Assembly: GCF_004376175.1 (NCBI RefSeq)
Contig: NZ_SNUY01000032.1
Span: 1-32,000, forward strand
Length of the DNA: 32,000 nt
Reading direction: 5' to 3'
Origin: Halalkalibacterium halodurans
GTDB taxonomy: Bacteria > Bacillota > Bacilli > Bacillales > Bacillaceae_D
Below are positions 1 to 6,936 of this stretch, one piece after another. A program made the translations under genes and the position numbers. The notes under the pieces are model-generated. The model searched no databases. It worked only from the letters and a program-made list of their open reading frames with translations, and was not told the origin of the DNA. The stretch's first letter is position 1, and every line of letters begins with the position of its first letter.

Positions 1-292
1 ACCCTTTGATCCCCTCGAATTGTAGGTATTGGTCAAGGAGATAGACATATTTGCCTGTTTCACGATCGCGATAGTAGGAGCGCTTCAACTCAATCTCACC
101 AAATAAACTGTCTATTTTTAGAGGCCGCTTATCTTTATAATGAAAGCGTTGCTTATCACGTTGTTTCACAATTTCTTCGTCATATGCCTCTAACATGGAG
201 GTCATCACACTTGAGAAGGTTTCCTGTAACTTCCTCCAGACTAGCTGTTCAAGTTCTTTTAAAGTTGGATATTCTGTGTTATTCTTTTGCAT
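1..292 (-). CDS. ISLre2-family (UPF0236) transposase, N-terminal ~97 codons; the gene runs off the left edge of the window
   Basis: ATG at 292-290 with an AAGGAGAA SD about 7 nt upstream. My translation is MQKNNTEYPTLKELEQLVWRKLQETFSSVMTSMLEAYDEEIVKQRDKQRFHYKDKRPLKIDSLFGEIELKRSYYRDRETGKYVYLLDQYLQFEGIKG. The FGE-x-ELKR-x-YY...G-KYVYLLDQYL block matches my memory of the ISLre2/UPF0236 N-terminus. This ORF is absent from the supplied track because it is open-ended. Confidence 0.65.
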   Translation of the reverse strand, partial: MQKNNTEYPTLKELEQLVWRKLQETFSSVMTSMLEAYDEEIVKQRDKQRFHYKDKRPLKIDSLFGEIELKRSYYRDRETGKYVYLLDQYLQFEGIKG

Positions 293-329
293 AGGGTTTC
301 TCCTTTGAATCGGGTTTTCGTCGACTATG

Positions 330-358
330 ATTCTACCAAGGAGAGACCCTTTTTTCAT
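330..358 (-). promoter_or_regulatory. Candidate sigma-A promoter for the transposase: ATGAAA, 17-nt spacer, extended -10 TGgTAGAAT
   Basis: Read on the minus strand. The -10 TAGAAT is at 335-330, with TG one base upstream at 338-337. The -35-like ATGAAA is at 358-353. The site is about 38 nt upstream of the ATG. Confidence 0.35.
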
Positions 359-396
359 GTATTTTGCTTAAACCCTACCGCGCTTTCGCTTGGTGG

Positions 397-448
397 CCTC
401 CTCATCCAAGTAACGGAAATTTCCATTACTTGGATGAGGAGGTTTTTT
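397..448. terminator. 46-nt near-perfect palindrome (23-nt arms, 397-442), flanked by a run of six T on the plus strand at 443-448
   Basis: The arms are CCTCCTCATCCAAGTAAcGGAAA and TTTCCaTTACTTGGATGAGGAGG. The single off position (414/425) is a C.A mismatch in plus-strand RNA but a G.U wobble in minus-strand RNA. It lies 54 nt downstream of the divIVA stop. Confidence 0.45.
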
Positions 449-501
449 CTTCTCCCACAAACATTTTACTCATACTAAGCTGCTTTTTACAAAGCTCCCT
501 T

Positions 502-999
502 CTACTCAGCGTATTCTTCTGAACGCTCATCGCCAGAATCTTCGGTTACCTCATCCCAGTCGTCCGTGTTCAGCATTTCGAGCTGGGCTTCAATTAACAT
601 TTTAAAACGCATTTTATAAACGGATGCTTGCTTTTTCAGCTCTTCCATTTCAAGCATAATTTTGCGCGATTTCGCCAGAGCATCATTGATGATGCGATCG
701 GCGTTCTTTTCCGCTTCCTTCACGATCAACTGCGCTTCTTTTTGCGCGTTACGGCGAACCTCCTCCGCCGATTCTTGAGCGACCAAAATCGATTTATTTA
801 ACGTTTCCTCGATGTTTTGGAAATGTTCGAGCTTTTCATCGAGATCGGTCACTCGGTCAAACAGTTCTTTCTTTTCCCGGAGAACAGCTTCATAATCTTT
901 AATGATTTGATCAAGAAACTCATTCACCTCATCTTCGTCATACCCTCTAAAACCACGGGTAAACTCTTTGTTGTGAATATCTAAAGGGGTTAAAGGCAT
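502..999 (-). CDS. divIVA: Cell-division/polarity protein DivIVA
   Basis: MPLTPLDIHNKEFTRGFRGYDEDEVNEFLDQIIKDYE... is near-identical to the B. subtilis DivIVA N-terminus. I moved the start to the ATG at 999, which has GGAGGTG 6 nt upstream, rather than the track start at 1017. Confidence 0.95.
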   Translation of the reverse strand: MPLTPLDIHNKEFTRGFRGYDEDEVNEFLDQIIKDYEAVLREKKELFDRVTDLDEKLEHFQNIEETLNKSILVAQESAEEVRRNAQKEAQLIVKEAEKNADRIINDALAKSRKIMLEMEELKKQASVYKMRFKMLIEAQLEMLNTDDWDEVTEDSGDERSEEYAE

Positions 1000-1109
1000 A
1001 GTCAGCACCTCCATCACAATAGTAGCAACATTCTTAAAAAACCTTGTTCGACATTATGCGAAAAACTCCTGCATGCCACGAGGGGCCCTTTTGCCCCATT
1101 TATGTACGG

Positions 1110-1886
1110 CTAATGTCCCATCCGTCCAATACGAAGCCGGAATTTATCTTTCTTCGTCTTTCCTTCTACCTCTAAAAGCTTATGGCGGCCAAAGCCGCGT
1201 ACAGATATGTGATCCCCAGCTTGAAGGGTTAAAGCTCCCGATTCGACTAGCTTCCAGTTTACTTTTACGCGCCCTTTTTCTACAAGCTCCGCTGCCTTCG
1301 CCCGTGAAAGAGAAAGCATTTCACCGATCACGGCATCTAGGCGCAAGGAGGAAACAGTCGCTGTTCGTTCATGCCAGCTTTCGGTTGTAACTAACATTTG
1401 CTCAAAACCAAGCTCCACCATCTCCACCTGTGCTTTACCGACACTCGTTAAATGAAGGCGAACAAATTCTGCGATTTCCGTTGCCACAACAAGCTGAATG
1501 CGCTCATCGGCTACGAGAATATCTCCGAACTTTTCTCGTTTAACGCCTAAGCTCATACAAGCACCGAGCACTTGACGATGATCAATGGTGAGAAATTTTT
1601 TCGGATAAGAAAGCTCGAATAACGTCAATCCATAGTCCTCTTCGGCCAACTCCAGATAGGGCGGGATCAAACAAGCCCGCTTCCGTTCAGCATGCTCCGA
1701 ACCGCCCCAAAATGATACGCTTACGTCATCGTTCCGTCCAACTAATGCGCCAACGATTTCCTGCTCCCGGGGGTCGAGAAAGTCTGTTCGTTTCCAAGTG
1801 TATTGCATGGAGACATCAGCTTTCCACTCCAGCACTTGGTCAATAAACGGGCGCTCTTCCGGCCGGAAATGTTGATAGATATCCAT
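1110..1886 (-). CDS. ylmH: S4-domain RNA-binding protein YlmH
   Basis: MDIYQHFRPEERPFIDQVLEWK... and the C-terminal GFGR..L...EGKTKKDK match B. subtilis YlmH. The position between ylmG and divIVA is conserved. Confidence 0.9.
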   Translation of the reverse strand: MDIYQHFRPEERPFIDQVLEWKADVSMQYTWKRTDFLDPREQEIVGALVGRNDDVSVSFWGGSEHAERKRACLIPPYLELAEEDYGLTLFELSYPKKFLTIDHRQVLGACMSLGVKREKFGDILVADERIQLVVATEIAEFVRLHLTSVGKAQVEMVELGFEQMLVTTESWHERTATVSSLRLDAVIGEMLSLSRAKAAELVEKGRVKVNWKLVESGALTLQAGDHISVRGFGRHKLLEVEGKTKKDKFRLRIGRMGH

Positions 1887-1912
1887 GAATTCTCCTTGCC
1901 TCTTATTCGTTT

Positions 1913-2167
1913 CTAAAAGAAGATCGCGTGAACACCGTAACGAGCAAACGTCAGGGCAAAAATCGCGACAATTGGAGAGATGTCAATCATCCCGAGCGGA
2001 GGAATGATTTTGCGGAACGGCGCCAAGTAAGGCTCCACGATAGAACCTAAAAATTGACCGAACGATGACTCCCTCGCGTTTGGAAACCAAGACATGAGAA
2101 TATATGCAATAATCATGTAAGAATAAATTGTGATTGCCCATAGAAGCAATGAACCAATCGTAGCCAA
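1913..2167 (-). CDS. ylmG: YggT-family small membrane protein YlmG
   Basis: TTG start with AAAGGTGGTG 5 nt upstream. The ILMSWFPNARESS...EPYL.PFRK.IPP...IDISPIVA motif is typical of YggT/YlmG. Confidence 0.88.
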   Translation of the reverse strand: MATIGSLLLWAITIYSYMIIAYILMSWFPNARESSFGQFLGSIVEPYLAPFRKIIPPLGMIDISPIVAIFALTFARYGVHAIFF

Positions 2168-2203
2168 AGTGTCACCACCTTTTCTTGTTACAATGAGGGA
2201 TGA

Positions 2204-2659
2204 TTATGACCGATACCCATCCTGGATCATATCGGTAATCGTCCCTGTAACATCCACATTATCAGGGGTACATAAAAAGATATTCATCCCCAGCTTTTGA
2301 ATGTCTCCTCCTATAGCATACACTGTTCCGCTTAAAAAATCGACCACTCGTTTCGCTTGTTCATGGGAGATGCGCTGCAAATTAATAATGACCGCTTTAC
2401 GATTTTTTAATTGATCGGCGATTTCTTGCGCCTCATCGTACGTTCTTGGCTCAAGCAAAACGACTTTTGCGGTTTTTTGCACACTTTGCAAACTAACGAC
2501 ATTTTGACCTGTTTCTCGTTCTTGTTTCACGCCAGTGCGTGACCTGCGCCTAGGTTCCTCAACCTCTTCCACGAAATCGCGGCTTACCGCTTCTTCTTCA
2601 TACATTGAGGCATCATCGTCCAATTCGAAAAAACGTTTGAATTTTGACTTCATTCCCAT
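2204..2659 (-). CDS. sepF: Cell-division protein SepF (YlmF)
   Basis: [11 protein letters not shown]... and [72 protein letters not shown] are close to B. subtilis SepF. Confidence 0.95.
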   Translation of the reverse strand: MGMKSKFKRFFELDDDASMYEEEAVSRDFVEEVEEPRRRSRTGVKQERETGQNVVSLQSVQKTAKVVLLEPRTYDEAQEIADQLKNRKAVIINLQRISHEQAKRVVDFLSGTVYAIGGDIQKLGMNIFLCTPDNVDVTGTITDMIQDGYRS

Positions 2660-2679
2660 ACAGCAGAACCTCCCTTCAA

Positions 2680-3366
2680 TTAATCCACTTCTTTTCCGAC
2701 GAGCGCGGTCCCGATTCGAACAAACGTCGCTCCTTCTTCGATCGCTACGATAAAATCATTGGACATACCCATCGAAAGCTCCGAGCAAGGGGCATGATCA
2801 AACCTTTTCGCCTGCACTTCATCGCGAAGATGACGAAGTTCGCGAAAGACCCACCGCGTGTCTTCAGGGTCTTCCACAAATGGAGCCATCGTCATCAAGC
2901 CTACGACCCGAATGCTCGGATAGGTTTGTAACTCCTCGATGAATGGAAGAACCTCCTCTGGCTTTAAGCCGGATTTGGATTGTTCTCCAGATACATTTAC
3001 TTGGACGAAACAATTTAAAGCTTGTCCATCCGGCAAGCGCCGATCGATTTCCTTTGCTAGCGATAATCGGTCAAGTGAGTGTAAATAGTCAAAATCGGCG
3101 ATCATTTTCTTCACTTTTTTTGACTGGAGACTGCCGATAAAATGCCACGTACCTTCGTTAGGAAACGCGCGTCGCTTCTCAACGCCACCTTCGACGCGGT
3201 TTTCTCCTATATGCGTGATACCTGCTTCAAGGGCTTCTCGTGTCCTCGCCTCACTTACATATTTCGTTACAGCAATAATGTGAACGTCATCAGGGTTGCG
3301 TCCAGCTCGCTCACATGCTTCATTCACTTGCTCTTGAATTTGCTTTAACTGATCTTTCACAGACAC
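2680..3366 (-). CDS. ylmE: YggS-family pyridoxal-phosphate homeostasis protein YlmE
   Basis: GTG start with GAAAGGAGC 7 nt upstream. Has [17 protein letters not shown] and [24 protein letters not shown] motifs of the YggS/YlmE family. Confidence 0.9.
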   Translation of the reverse strand: MSVKDQLKQIQEQVNEACERAGRNPDDVHIIAVTKYVSEARTREALEAGITHIGENRVEGGVEKRRAFPNEGTWHFIGSLQSKKVKKMIADFDYLHSLDRLSLAKEIDRRLPDGQALNCFVQVNVSGEQSKSGLKPEEVLPFIEELQTYPSIRVVGLMTMAPFVEDPEDTRWVFRELRHLRDEVQAKRFDHAPCSELSMGMSNDFIVAIEEGATFVRIGTALVGKEVD

Positions 3367-3407
3367 TGAATGGGCTCCTTTCTATGGTGAACGTTCGATA
3401 GATGAAT

Positions 3408-4229
3408 TCACGAAAAAACGCCAATAAAACTCATCATTCGCCCAGTTTTTCCCCCTTCATGTCGGTGAGAAAATAACAAGTTTGACTGAGCCGAGCAGTG
3501 GGATGAAACTAGAATTTGCGCCTTTTCAAGCCCTGCATCAATGAGGAGTTGCTCGTTGCAAGCTTTCAAATCTAACTGGTAGCGTCCCTCTTCCCTTTTT
3601 ACGTATGGACGCGTTGCCTCGGAGGACAGGGCGCGGTCGATTTGATCAATGACGACTTGATCGACTTCATATGCTTCACACGATATCGAAGGGCCAATCG
3701 CTGCATGGATCGCTTCCTTCGGCAGGTGGAAACGCTCAGTCCATGCATGAACTAGCTTGGCGCCGATTTGCCCGACGGTGCCTTTCCAGCCAGCATGGGC
3801 TAACCCGATGTAGATAGCTCCTCTATGTTCCGCGTAAAAATAGAGCGGCACACAATCGGCATACAAGCTACACAACAATATTCCTTGATCCGATGTATAT
3901 AGACCATCTGCACCTTTCAGCGCCGATTGCCGTTCAAAGGCGCCAGCTCCCCGATCGTGTGCGGTCACGTGTACCACTTCGCTTCCGTGTATTTGCTCGG
4001 CAAACACCCATTGCGAGAGGGGCACTTGTAATTCCGCCGCGAGTAGCTCCCTATTTTGGATCACCGCTTGTTCATCATCCCCCACATGAAGACCGAGGTT
4101 GAGCGAGTCATAAGGGGGGCTACTTACTCCATCAAGCCGTGTCGTAAATCCGACCCGCAGCTGCGGATTTTTACGAGTCCATTCTGAAAGTTCAAAAAAT
4201 CGGTTACTTACTTGTTGAAAGGGTTCCAT
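3408..4229 (-). CDS. pgeF: YfiH/PgeF-family (DUF152, laccase-domain) peptidoglycan editing factor YlmD
   Basis: Has QIHG..V, L...ADC.P, AH.GW.GT and CT....LF.SHR family motifs. The position between ylmC and ylmE is conserved. Confidence 0.85.
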   Translation of the reverse strand: MEPFQQVSNRFFELSEWTRKNPQLRVGFTTRLDGVSSPPYDSLNLGLHVGDDEQAVIQNRELLAAELQVPLSQWVFAEQIHGSEVVHVTAHDRGAGAFERQSALKGADGLYTSDQGILLCSLYADCVPLYFYAEHRGAIYIGLAHAGWKGTVGQIGAKLVHAWTERFHLPKEAIHAAIGPSISCEAYEVDQVVIDQIDRALSSEATRPYVKREEGRYQLDLKACNEQLLIDAGLEKAQILVSSHCSAQSNLLFSHRHEGGKTGRMMSFIGVFS

Positions 4230-4411
4230 TTTTTCACGACCCTCTTTTTGTTTTTGCTATTTCGATAAAAACTTACATGCGTGTCTATAGTTTAACATAT
4301 TTTTCTCTTCTCAAGGAACGAAAAATCGCATCATAACGGAAAATTTTAGCGATTAGCGAAAGGGGCATGTCACAATAAGCAATGTCTGATAAATGTTTGT
4401 TCCGCTGTTTG

Positions 4412-4693
4412 TTACGAACGGCGTTCAAAACTCTTCGGCTTAAAGCGGTCATTAAACTGTGGGACTTCGACTAAAATGACATCAGATCCAATTTTAATAA
4501 TGTTTTTCCATGGGATGACGACCTCATCTTCCCCCCGACCAAACAGCCCCATCACCTTCCCCCCACCGCCAATGACTAACGAAGAGATTTGCCCTGTCGT
4601 TAAATTAATGTCTAGATCGGTAATGGTTCCAAGACGTCTCCCATTTTCCATATTCACAATATCTTTCGCTTGTAAGTCGGATATTTTCAACAT
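4412..4693 (-). CDS. ylmC: YlmC/YmxH-family (PRC-barrel) sporulation protein
   Basis: MLKISDLQAKDIVNMENGRRLGTITDLDINLTTGQISSLVIGGGGKVMGLFGRGEDEVVIPWKNIIKIGSDVILV parallels B. subtilis YlmC. I set the start at the ATG at 4693, the thirteenth codon of the track ORF. Confidence 0.88.
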   Translation of the reverse strand: MLKISDLQAKDIVNMENGRRLGTITDLDINLTTGQISSLVIGGGGKVMGLFGRGEDEVVIPWKNIIKIGSDVILVEVPQFNDRFKPKSFERRS

Positions 4694-4736
4694 GTTTCTA
4701 CCGCCTTTCATAATAAGGAGCTCTTTCAATTATATG

Positions 4737-4766
4737 ATCGTCCTTATCCCTTTTATGATAATGCCG
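4737..4766 (-). promoter_or_regulatory. Candidate sigma-E-type promoter for ylmC: TCATAAA, 15-nt spacer, CATATAAT
   Basis: On the minus strand the -35-like TCATAAA is at 4766-4760 and the -10-like CATATAAT is at 4744-4737. I compared these with my remembered sigma-E consensus (kmATAtt, about 14 nt, CATACAhT). The spacer is 1 nt longer than I expect. Confidence 0.3.
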
Positions 4767-4878
4767 TTCGGCCTCTCGAAAGATGGCAAACATTGTTTGC
4801 GTCAAATGGCTTTTCTTTGAAACCACACGTGGATCAGAACAACTTGGCTTACCATCAAGTGTTAATGCCCTTTATAAA

Positions 4879-4910
4879 GAAAAAACGACATCACGCACTC
4901 GTGACATCGT
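4879..4910 (-). terminator. Intrinsic terminator of the TerC-family gene; it overlaps the last six codons
   Basis: The minus-strand RNA is ACGAUGUCACG-AGUG-CGUGAUGUCGU followed by UUUUUU. The stem is 11 bp including two G.U pairs. The 5' arm encodes NDVT of the C-terminus, the loop overlaps the Ser and Ala codons, and the stop codon lies in the 3' arm. Confidence 0.75.
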
Positions 4911-5688
4911 TCTTCTCTTGCTTTTCCACATGCTCAACCTCTTTTGATAAAAACCACCCAGCTACCGCAATCCCAATCAACACGACGTAAAACGTAATTT
5001 TCCAAGCCGAAGACGCGGCAAACCCTTCAGGTAAAATCGCTAACGTTGGATGAGATAAAGTGAAGACCGTTAATTTGACACCTACCCACCCGACAATTAA
5101 GAATGCAGCAATCTCAAGCCCTGGCTTTTTCTGCAATAGCGTAACAAACAAGTTAGCCGCAAATCGCATGATGACGACACCCATAAAACCACCAATAAAC
5201 ACGACGATGAAATGTCCGCCATCCATCCCACCAATGGTCGGGAGGTTCGTTTTCGGCAAACTAACGGCGATCGCTACCGCTGCCAAAATCGAGTCAACGG
5301 CAAATGCAATATCAGCGATTTCTACTTTTAATACCGTCGTCCAAAATCCCGCTTTTTTCACCGGTTTTTCTGTCGCTGCCGCTACTTCTTCGTGCCCGCG
5401 TAACCATACCTTTCGGACAATATGATTAACGGCAATAAACATTAAGTAAAGCGCCCCAATCGCTTGTAGCTGCCAAATGTCGATTAAGAACGAAATCGCA
5501 AACAGTGAAGCGAAGCGGAACAAAAACGCTCCAGCTAATCCATAAAATAAGGCTTTCTTTCGCTTTTCTTCTGGCAAATGTTTAACCATGACAGCAAGCA
5601 CGAGTGCGTTATCTGCAGCGAGCAGCCCTTCCAACACAATTAAGACGAGGATGACCCAACTGTATTCTAGTACTAATGATAATTCCAT
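4891..5688 (-). CDS. TerC-family integral membrane protein (YkoY/MeeY-like putative Mn2+ efflux or metalation protein)
   Basis: MELSLVLEYSWVILVLIVLEGLLAADNALVLAVMVKHLP... is the typical TerC N-terminus, and the protein is multi-pass hydrophobic. It is preceded by a yybP-ykoY riboswitch. I set the start at the ATG at 5688, which has AAAGGGAGTG upstream. Confidence 0.85.
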   Translation of the reverse strand: MELSLVLEYSWVILVLIVLEGLLAADNALVLAVMVKHLPEEKRKKALFYGLAGAFLFRFASLFAISFLIDIWQLQAIGALYLMFIAVNHIVRKVWLRGHEEVAAATEKPVKKAGFWTTVLKVEIADIAFAVDSILAAVAIAVSLPKTNLPTIGGMDGGHFIVVFIGGFMGVVIMRFAANLFVTLLQKKPGLEIAAFLIVGWVGVKLTVFTLSHPTLAILPEGFAASSAWKITFYVVLIGIAVAGWFLSKEVEHVEKQEKNDVTSA

Positions 5689-5740
5689 GACGCCCACTCC
5701 CTTTAGTTCTTTTTCTGTAAAGCTGCTTTCCTACGGAACG

Positions 5741-5772
5741 TAAAAAGACCTTTGCCCCATAGGCAAAGGTCT
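5741..5772 (-). terminator. Second (distal) terminator hairpin of the riboswitch leader
   Basis: The minus-strand RNA is AGACCUUUGCC-UAUGG-GGCAAAGGUCU followed by UUUUUA. The stem is 11 bp. It is a near copy of the proximal hairpin. Confidence 0.7.
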
Positions 5773-5783
5773 AAAAAAGCATA

Positions 5784-5817
5784 GGAAAAGACCTTTACCC
5801 CATTTGGTAAAGGTCTT
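5784..5817 (-). terminator. First (proximal) hairpin of the riboswitch expression platform
   Basis: The minus-strand RNA is AAGACCUUUACC-AAAUGG-GGUAAAGGUCUU followed only by UUCC, which is a weak U tract. Its 5' arm contains the CCUUU that forms the 3' strand of aptamer helix P1. Confidence 0.65.
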
Positions 5818-5910
5818 GCTAACAACCGTATATCCGTTGCCAATAAAGCCGAAGGATTTATGGGAGATCCCTGTCATGACGACTTTATTGTAATTAGCTA
5901 CTCCCCTTAA
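5808..5910 (-). promoter_or_regulatory. yybP-ykoY (Mn2+) riboswitch aptamer
   Basis: The minus strand reads TTAAGGGGAGTAGCTAATTACAATAAAGTCGTCATGACAGGGATCTCCCATAAATCCTTCGGCTTTATTGGCAACGGATATACGGTTGTTAGCAAGACCTTTACC. It carries the family blocks I remember from B. subtilis yybP: GGGGAGTAGC, AAAGTCGTCA, GGCTTTgTTGaCA and TTAGCAAGACCTTT. Confidence 0.88.
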
Positions 5911-5932
5911 AAGCTATGTAGTTGATAGCTAC

Positions 5933-5961
5933 ATTTTATCCAAGAACAGGTCCGCGGTCAA
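5933..5961 (-). promoter_or_regulatory. Sigma-A promoter driving the riboswitch and TerC unit: TTGACC, 17-nt spacer, TAAAAT
   Basis: On the minus strand the -35 TTGACC is at 5961-5956 and the -10 TAAAAT is at 5938-5933. The spacer is exactly 17 nt. The site is about 20 nt upstream of the aptamer. Confidence 0.6.
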
Positions 5962-6000
5962 CCATTTTTTATGAAAAAGCTTTAGCATATGCACACATCG

Positions 6001-6786
6001 TTAACTTTGTGCATGTTTACTCATCTGTTGGATAGCCGCTTTTTCTAGTCTTGATACTTGCGCTTGGGAGATGCCAATCTCTTCTGCTACTTCCATTTGC
6101 GTTTTCCCTTGATAAAAACGCATGTTTAAAATTAACTTTTCCCTGTCATTGAGCCTCACCATTGCTTCCTTTAAGGCAATTTCATCAACCCATTGAACAT
6201 CCTTATTACGATCATCACTGATTTGATCCATCACATAAATAGGGTCGCCGCCATCGTTATAAATGGGCTCAAAGAGAGAAACAGGGTCTTGTATCGCGTC
6301 AAGGGCGAACACCACGTCCTCTTTTGGCACGCCTAATTCCTTGGCGATCTCTTGTACGGTCGGTTCCTTTTCACGCTGCTTTTCTCCCATGAGTTGATCT
6401 CTAACTTGAAGGGCCTTGTACGCAATGTCCCGGAGTGACCGTGATACTCGGATAGGGTTGTTGTCGCGTAAGTAGCGACGAATTTCCCCGATAATCATAG
6501 GAACGGCGTACGTTGAAAATTTGACATTTTGGCTTAAATCGAAGTTGTCGATCGATTTCATTAAGCCGATACAACCGACTTGAAACAAATCATCCACGTA
6601 TTCCCCGCGATTATTAAATCGCTGAATGACGCTTAAAACTAAGCGGAGATTTCCATTGACTAGCGTTTCTCTGGCGCTCGTGTCTCCACTTTGTAATCGT
6701 GCGAACAGCTCTCTCATTTCTTGATTTTTCAACACTGGTAGCTTGGATGTATCGACACCACAAATTTCAACTTTGTTTCGTGTCAA
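6001..6786 (-). CDS. sigG: Forespore RNA polymerase sigma factor sigma-G
   Basis: (M)TRNKVEICGVDTSKLPVLKNQEMRELF...NGNLRLVLSVIQRFNNRGEYVDDLFQVGCIGLMKSIDNFD... is near-identical to B. subtilis SigG. I set the start at the TTG at 6786, which has TAGGAGGG 6 nt upstream. The track ORF is over-extended to 6867. Confidence 0.95.
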   Translation of the reverse strand: MTRNKVEICGVDTSKLPVLKNQEMRELFARLQSGDTSARETLVNGNLRLVLSVIQRFNNRGEYVDDLFQVGCIGLMKSIDNFDLSQNVKFSTYAVPMIIGEIRRYLRDNNPIRVSRSLRDIAYKALQVRDQLMGEKQREKEPTVQEIAKELGVPKEDVVFALDAIQDPVSLFEPIYNDGGDPIYVMDQISDDRNKDVQWVDEIALKEAMVRLNDREKLILNMRFYQGKTQMEVAEEIGISQAQVSRLEKAAIQQMSKHAQS

Positions 6787-6791
6787 CGCTG

Positions 6792-6841
6792 TCCCTCCTA
6801 ACATGGGAGATGATGTCACGTAAAGTATCTCCTTAGGAGGG
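6792..6841 (-). promoter_or_regulatory. Anti-SD hairpin that can sequester the sigG ribosome-binding site in read-through transcripts
   Basis: In minus-strand RNA, UCCCUCCUAA (6841-6832) is perfectly complementary over 10 nt to UUAGGAGGGA (6801-6792), which is the sigG SD. An inner stem GGAGAU/AUCUCC adds 6 bp. The anti-SD lies between the -35 and -10 of the sigG promoter, so it is present only in transcripts that start further upstream. Confidence 0.6.
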
Positions 6842-6852
6842 AAAAATATGCA
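6821..6852 (-). promoter_or_regulatory. Forespore-type (sigma-F/sigma-G) promoter of sigG
   Basis: The minus strand reads GTGCATAtttttccctcctaaGGAGATACTTTAcg. The -35 GCATA is at 6851-6847 and the -10-like GGAGATACTT is at 6832-6823. This agrees with my remembered sigma-F consensus (GCATA, about 15 nt, GGnnAnAcTa) and with the B. subtilis sigG promoter. Confidence 0.55.
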
Positions 6853-6936
6853 CAAGCGTTTGACCATAGAAAAGGAGGAAAAATTAAATCGTGTTCATAT
6901 CAGTCAGCAGCCCGAAAAAAAACATATATTCTGAAT

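Noticed and set aside
287-478. A 63-aa plus-strand ORF between the transposase and divIVA.
   Set aside because: It overlaps the transposase start and promoter in antisense and reads through the 46-nt palindrome. It has no SD.
1042-1055. An exact Spo0A-box heptamer TGTCGAA (minus strand) upstream of divIVA.
   Set aside because: A single 7-mer is expected by chance several times in 64 kb of two-strand sequence. There is no second box or phasing to support it.
6787-6867. N-terminal extensions of track ORFs: sigG to 6867, murD to 19440, mraZ to 29651, spoIIGA to 8624, divIVA to 1017, ylmC to 4729 and pbpB to 27758.
   Set aside because: The extensions lack an SD, overlap upstream genes or promoters, and are absent from the B. 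subtilis orthologues. Internal starts with good SD spacing reproduce the expected protein lengths.
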